The translations under genes were made by a program, and so were the position numbers. DNA of 64,000 nucleotides from the NCBI GenBank assembly GCA_040954595.2, contig CM082582.2:12396415-12460414 (forward strand), read 5' to 3'. The notes under the pieces were generated by a model that was given only the letters and a program-made list of their open reading frames with translations, was not told the origin of the DNA and searched no databases. This DNA comes from Balanoglossus misakiensis. Taxonomy: Eukaryota > Animalia > Hemichordata. Of this stretch, positions 60,901-64,000 are shown in pieces (the first letter of the stretch is position 1; each line of letters opens with the position of its first letter).

Positions 60901-63809
60901 AAATAGAGTCTTGGGCACGAATCCAGCACCTTCAGCAGCCCCGCAAAAGGTAAAGCTTACAGTCGTGTGTTTGTTTCATCTTCGTCGACACGCCATATTG
61001 GAAATACACCTCTGTACCATGTGTTGTGCATAAAATAACGATGGTAATAAAATATCTAAACCAGGACTATAAATCCTCTTGCTTTTTCTGCTCAAACATG
61101 TTCCTCTACACGATTGCCTTTAACAAAGCTCTAGGCGCTTTCTGTTTGATGTAATTTATCGAGTGGTGAAACCTAATCCAATTGTCTTCATAAAAATAAT
61201 GAAAATAAATGCGAAAAATTCGATAAAATCGAGATTGGAGCATTTGTGCCCCCGTGTCTTGGGTAATTTTGCGATTTTCCCGGTGCGACACACCCATTAA
61301 TTTACATAACCGTTGAACTGTTCCGTCAATCTAACTCAATCCCATAATATTCTATCCATCGCATGAGTTACATATTTAATCAGTTAATTAAAACAACCTG
61401 CCAGCTAGATAGAAGACATGGATATTGGATAGATAGATAGTTGAAATTCTCATATTCGGGCAAATATTTAGTCGCACATCATGTAAATGATATTTGTTCT
61501 CTTATATAAATATTTATCCGGGAAAATCGAGTGCAGAACTATGTTTAATTTTCGGCCGATTAAAGATAAAATAAATTCACCATTCACGATAATGCCAACG
61601 CAAAATCGGAAAATAAGTTGAACGACCTCCATTTGAAAGTGCAATTTCTCAGCAATATCAGGCTATTTAATAATCATCTAATTTGTTATCAATTGCGCCA
61701 TGTCGATGTGTATTGAAATCTACAAAAATACACTCGCTATCATGATAATAGCGCTGCCTGCGCAGGCGCAACATGTAGCAAAAGCAGTTGATCAGTCGTG
61801 CGCTGAATTTTGACGTGAATGAGTGCGCACCTTCTATGCCTGATTATCATTCTCCGTGTTCTCCGCACAACGGCGTAAAATGAGAGCCGACAGAGAAACG
61901 TTACAGTGGTTGGGTTTATGTATGTCACTTCGACGTCTGAAACCTTTGCTAGATCGTGATGCATCATTCGTAAAACCTTACGCGATAAATCAATAAGCGC
62001 TCTTAGTCTCGGTTACCCAGACGCCTTTGCTTCTTCCGATGCTCTCCAGAAAAGGGTCTGGGGAAATGCTATTGAAAGCTTTGTAAAACAAAATGGCCGA
62101 TGTCAGGATTTTGATCATCGCCTGATTGGCTGAGCTGTCAGTATGACCCGGGTCACTGCAATAGTTTCGACAATCGTCTACCAAAGATATTTCATATAAT
62201 TTCTCCAACAATGCTAACAGAGGACGCCTTTTGCCTTTCGCATCAACCAACAAGTACCGGTCTCTTGATATGAAGATACGACAAATAATCACACATTGTC
62301 GAGAGTCAGTGACCCGGGTCATACTGACAGCTCAGCCAATCAGGCGATGATCAAAATCCTGACATCGGCCATTTTGTTTTACAAAGCTTTCAATAGCATT
62401 TCCCCAGACCCTTTTTCTGGAGAGCATCGGAAGAAGCAAAGGCGTCTGGGTAACCGAGACTATAAGCGCTCTGTGAAATATTTTATAGCGCACGGAGGGT
62501 TAACCCTGTACAGCAGGATTTCGTTTAGCACCGGGTATACTTACAACAGATAGAGACCGCGAGAAACTCAGCTGGTGAAATTTACAAAATGATTGCATGA
62601 TATATATAGGAATGCGCCACGCGGATTTAGTTGGAATCTGGCGGTAAATTTCTATCGAAATTGGAGCGTCGCCCGACCGGTATTTAACGCATAAATACGG
62701 GATTTGGAACGAGGATGGGACTTGCTTGGCAACAGATGGCCACAACGGGATTCCCAGCAAACGCTCAACCATTGCCAACGCAAAAAAACACAGTTAGTCT
62801 TGCGACTGCGCCCGTCGATTAATCTGCCAAACATTACACACAGGACAAACACAGGTTCAGATAATTAAAATCCGTCAATATGGCCGACCCAAACGATGGC
62901 ACTATATTATTGTATATCTCTCCACCGTGTGCCACATATTGATCGAGTCGAAAATTAAACAAACCGCTCACTCAAATGAATATCGCGTTTAAATTGTGTC
63001 CGTAAATTATCATTCTCCGTTGATATCAATTTTGGAGCACTTACTACCATAAATATACTGTTTTCACGTGATCTAATTATGCATAGCTTCACCAATGAAA
63101 CAAGTAAACCCTGGGATTCACAATTTCATTGATTGGTAATTTTTTGCGGGGAGGAGGGAGGGGGGGGGGCGGAGTACAGTCACGAATATCGAGGGGAGAC
63201 TTAGAAAAAAAATCCGTCTCGTTTGACTGCTTCGGAATCTGTAACCGCAACAATTTTTGAAGAAATATAATGAAACTGTAACTCTGTGAGTGTTGTTGAA
63301 CTAAATCGATCTTGACTTTGTAATAAACATAATGCAACGTAATATTCGCTGAATAGTTCTCACAATGAAAGAGCATGTCCTAGCTAGCCGGAATCCTAAT
63401 TAAGTGACATTTGCAGTTCTTTGACTGCAAATTGAAAACCACGATTGTGTTGGTCAGCTTGCCCAAGCTCGGTTGATTATATCAGTGTCAATCGCACAAT
63501 ATAGAATTTTAAATATTAAAGCAAACGTCTCGGACGTCTAAGGCAGTTTGTCTTTTTTCAAATGCATACTACATTTATCATGTAGAAATATCATAATTAA
63601 TCACTCTATACTATAGGCGGTATAGCGTTTCCGTCCATCTTTTTACGATCAATTTTGTTTTTCGACTAAATGGATGCCATCACTATAGTCTGGAATGATG
63701 CGGGGAATAAGGTGATGATATTCTTAGCTACGTACCTCGGGTCCTCCTGTTGTCTGTATCAGTTCTCTGAAGAAAGCATCGAGTTCAGCATCCTCAATGT
63801 AGCCATTAC
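42911..63809 (-). CDS. Calbindin-32/calretinin-like hexa-EF-hand protein, 5'-partial (exon 1 beyond window)
   Basis: Phase-consistent exons 63809-63736, 47878-47789, 47378-47292, 47088-47032, 46583-46506, 46097-46042, 45725-45686, 44521-44465, 44257-44186, 43045-42911. Motifs [74 protein letters not shown]. Confidence 0.92.
59873..60090. repeat. Degenerate minisatellite (units of roughly 20-40 bp)
   Basis: Recurrent CCAATAATG, ATTATTGA(C/T) and GTCA(T/A)A(C/T)GATGG motifs inside the calbindin-like intron. Confidence 0.6.
62004..62462. mobile_element. Non-autonomous foldback DNA transposon (459 bp, ~155-bp TIRs, 10-bp TSD)
   Basis: Arm 62004-62158 (TAGTCTCGGTTACCCAGACG...) is the reverse complement of arm 62307-62462 apart from one indel in an A/T run. 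TAAGCGCTCT is duplicated at 61994-62003 and 62463-62472. Confidence 0.95.
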
Positions 63810-64000
63810 CTGATTGAGTATAAAGATAGCACAAACGATGTCTATTTTCAGTGTCATTGAAACACGGCAGGACTGAATCGACAGTGTGCAGTGCATTGTA
63901 CGATCTTGAACTACAACTCTCTCACACAGAATCACAGTCAGCACAGAAATGTGGGATTAACAGCGTACATCAAAGATTGTGCATTGTAGGTGCATAAGCC

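Noticed and set aside
61990-62553. Two opposite-strand ORFs sharing SDPGHTDSSANQAMIKIL
   Set aside because: A consequence of the inverted repeat, not duplicated genes.

Overview
AT-rich, intron-containing animal genomic DNA, probably a marine invertebrate deuterostome (inferred from gene content and style, not provable here). No prokaryotic features, rRNA, tRNA or CRISPR arrays were seen. By splicing GT-AG exons by hand with consistent phases I reconstruct eight genes: (1) an ACD/TPP1-like shelterin gene (minus, 3' end runs off the left edge), head-to-head with (2) par-6; (3) an ANKRD60-like gene (minus), head-to-head with (4) NDUFV2; (5) a 19-exon TDRD5-like gene with apparently four LOTUS domains; (6) a secretagogin-like hexa-EF-hand gene (minus); (7) a BTB-kelch gene with one coding exon (minus); (8) a calbindin/calretinin-like hexa-EF-hand gene (minus, exon 1 beyond the right edge) whose ~15.9 kb intron holds a 459-bp foldback element with 155-bp inverted arms and a 10-bp TSD. 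The most notable observations are the divergent TPP1 with the ACD/PAR6 head-to-head pair, the tandem SCGN + CALB arrangement, the extra LOTUS and unexplained C-terminal domain in TDRD5, and a CpG-density switch near 24 kb. All family assignments come from recalled motifs, not database searches, and I found no clearly new biological system.
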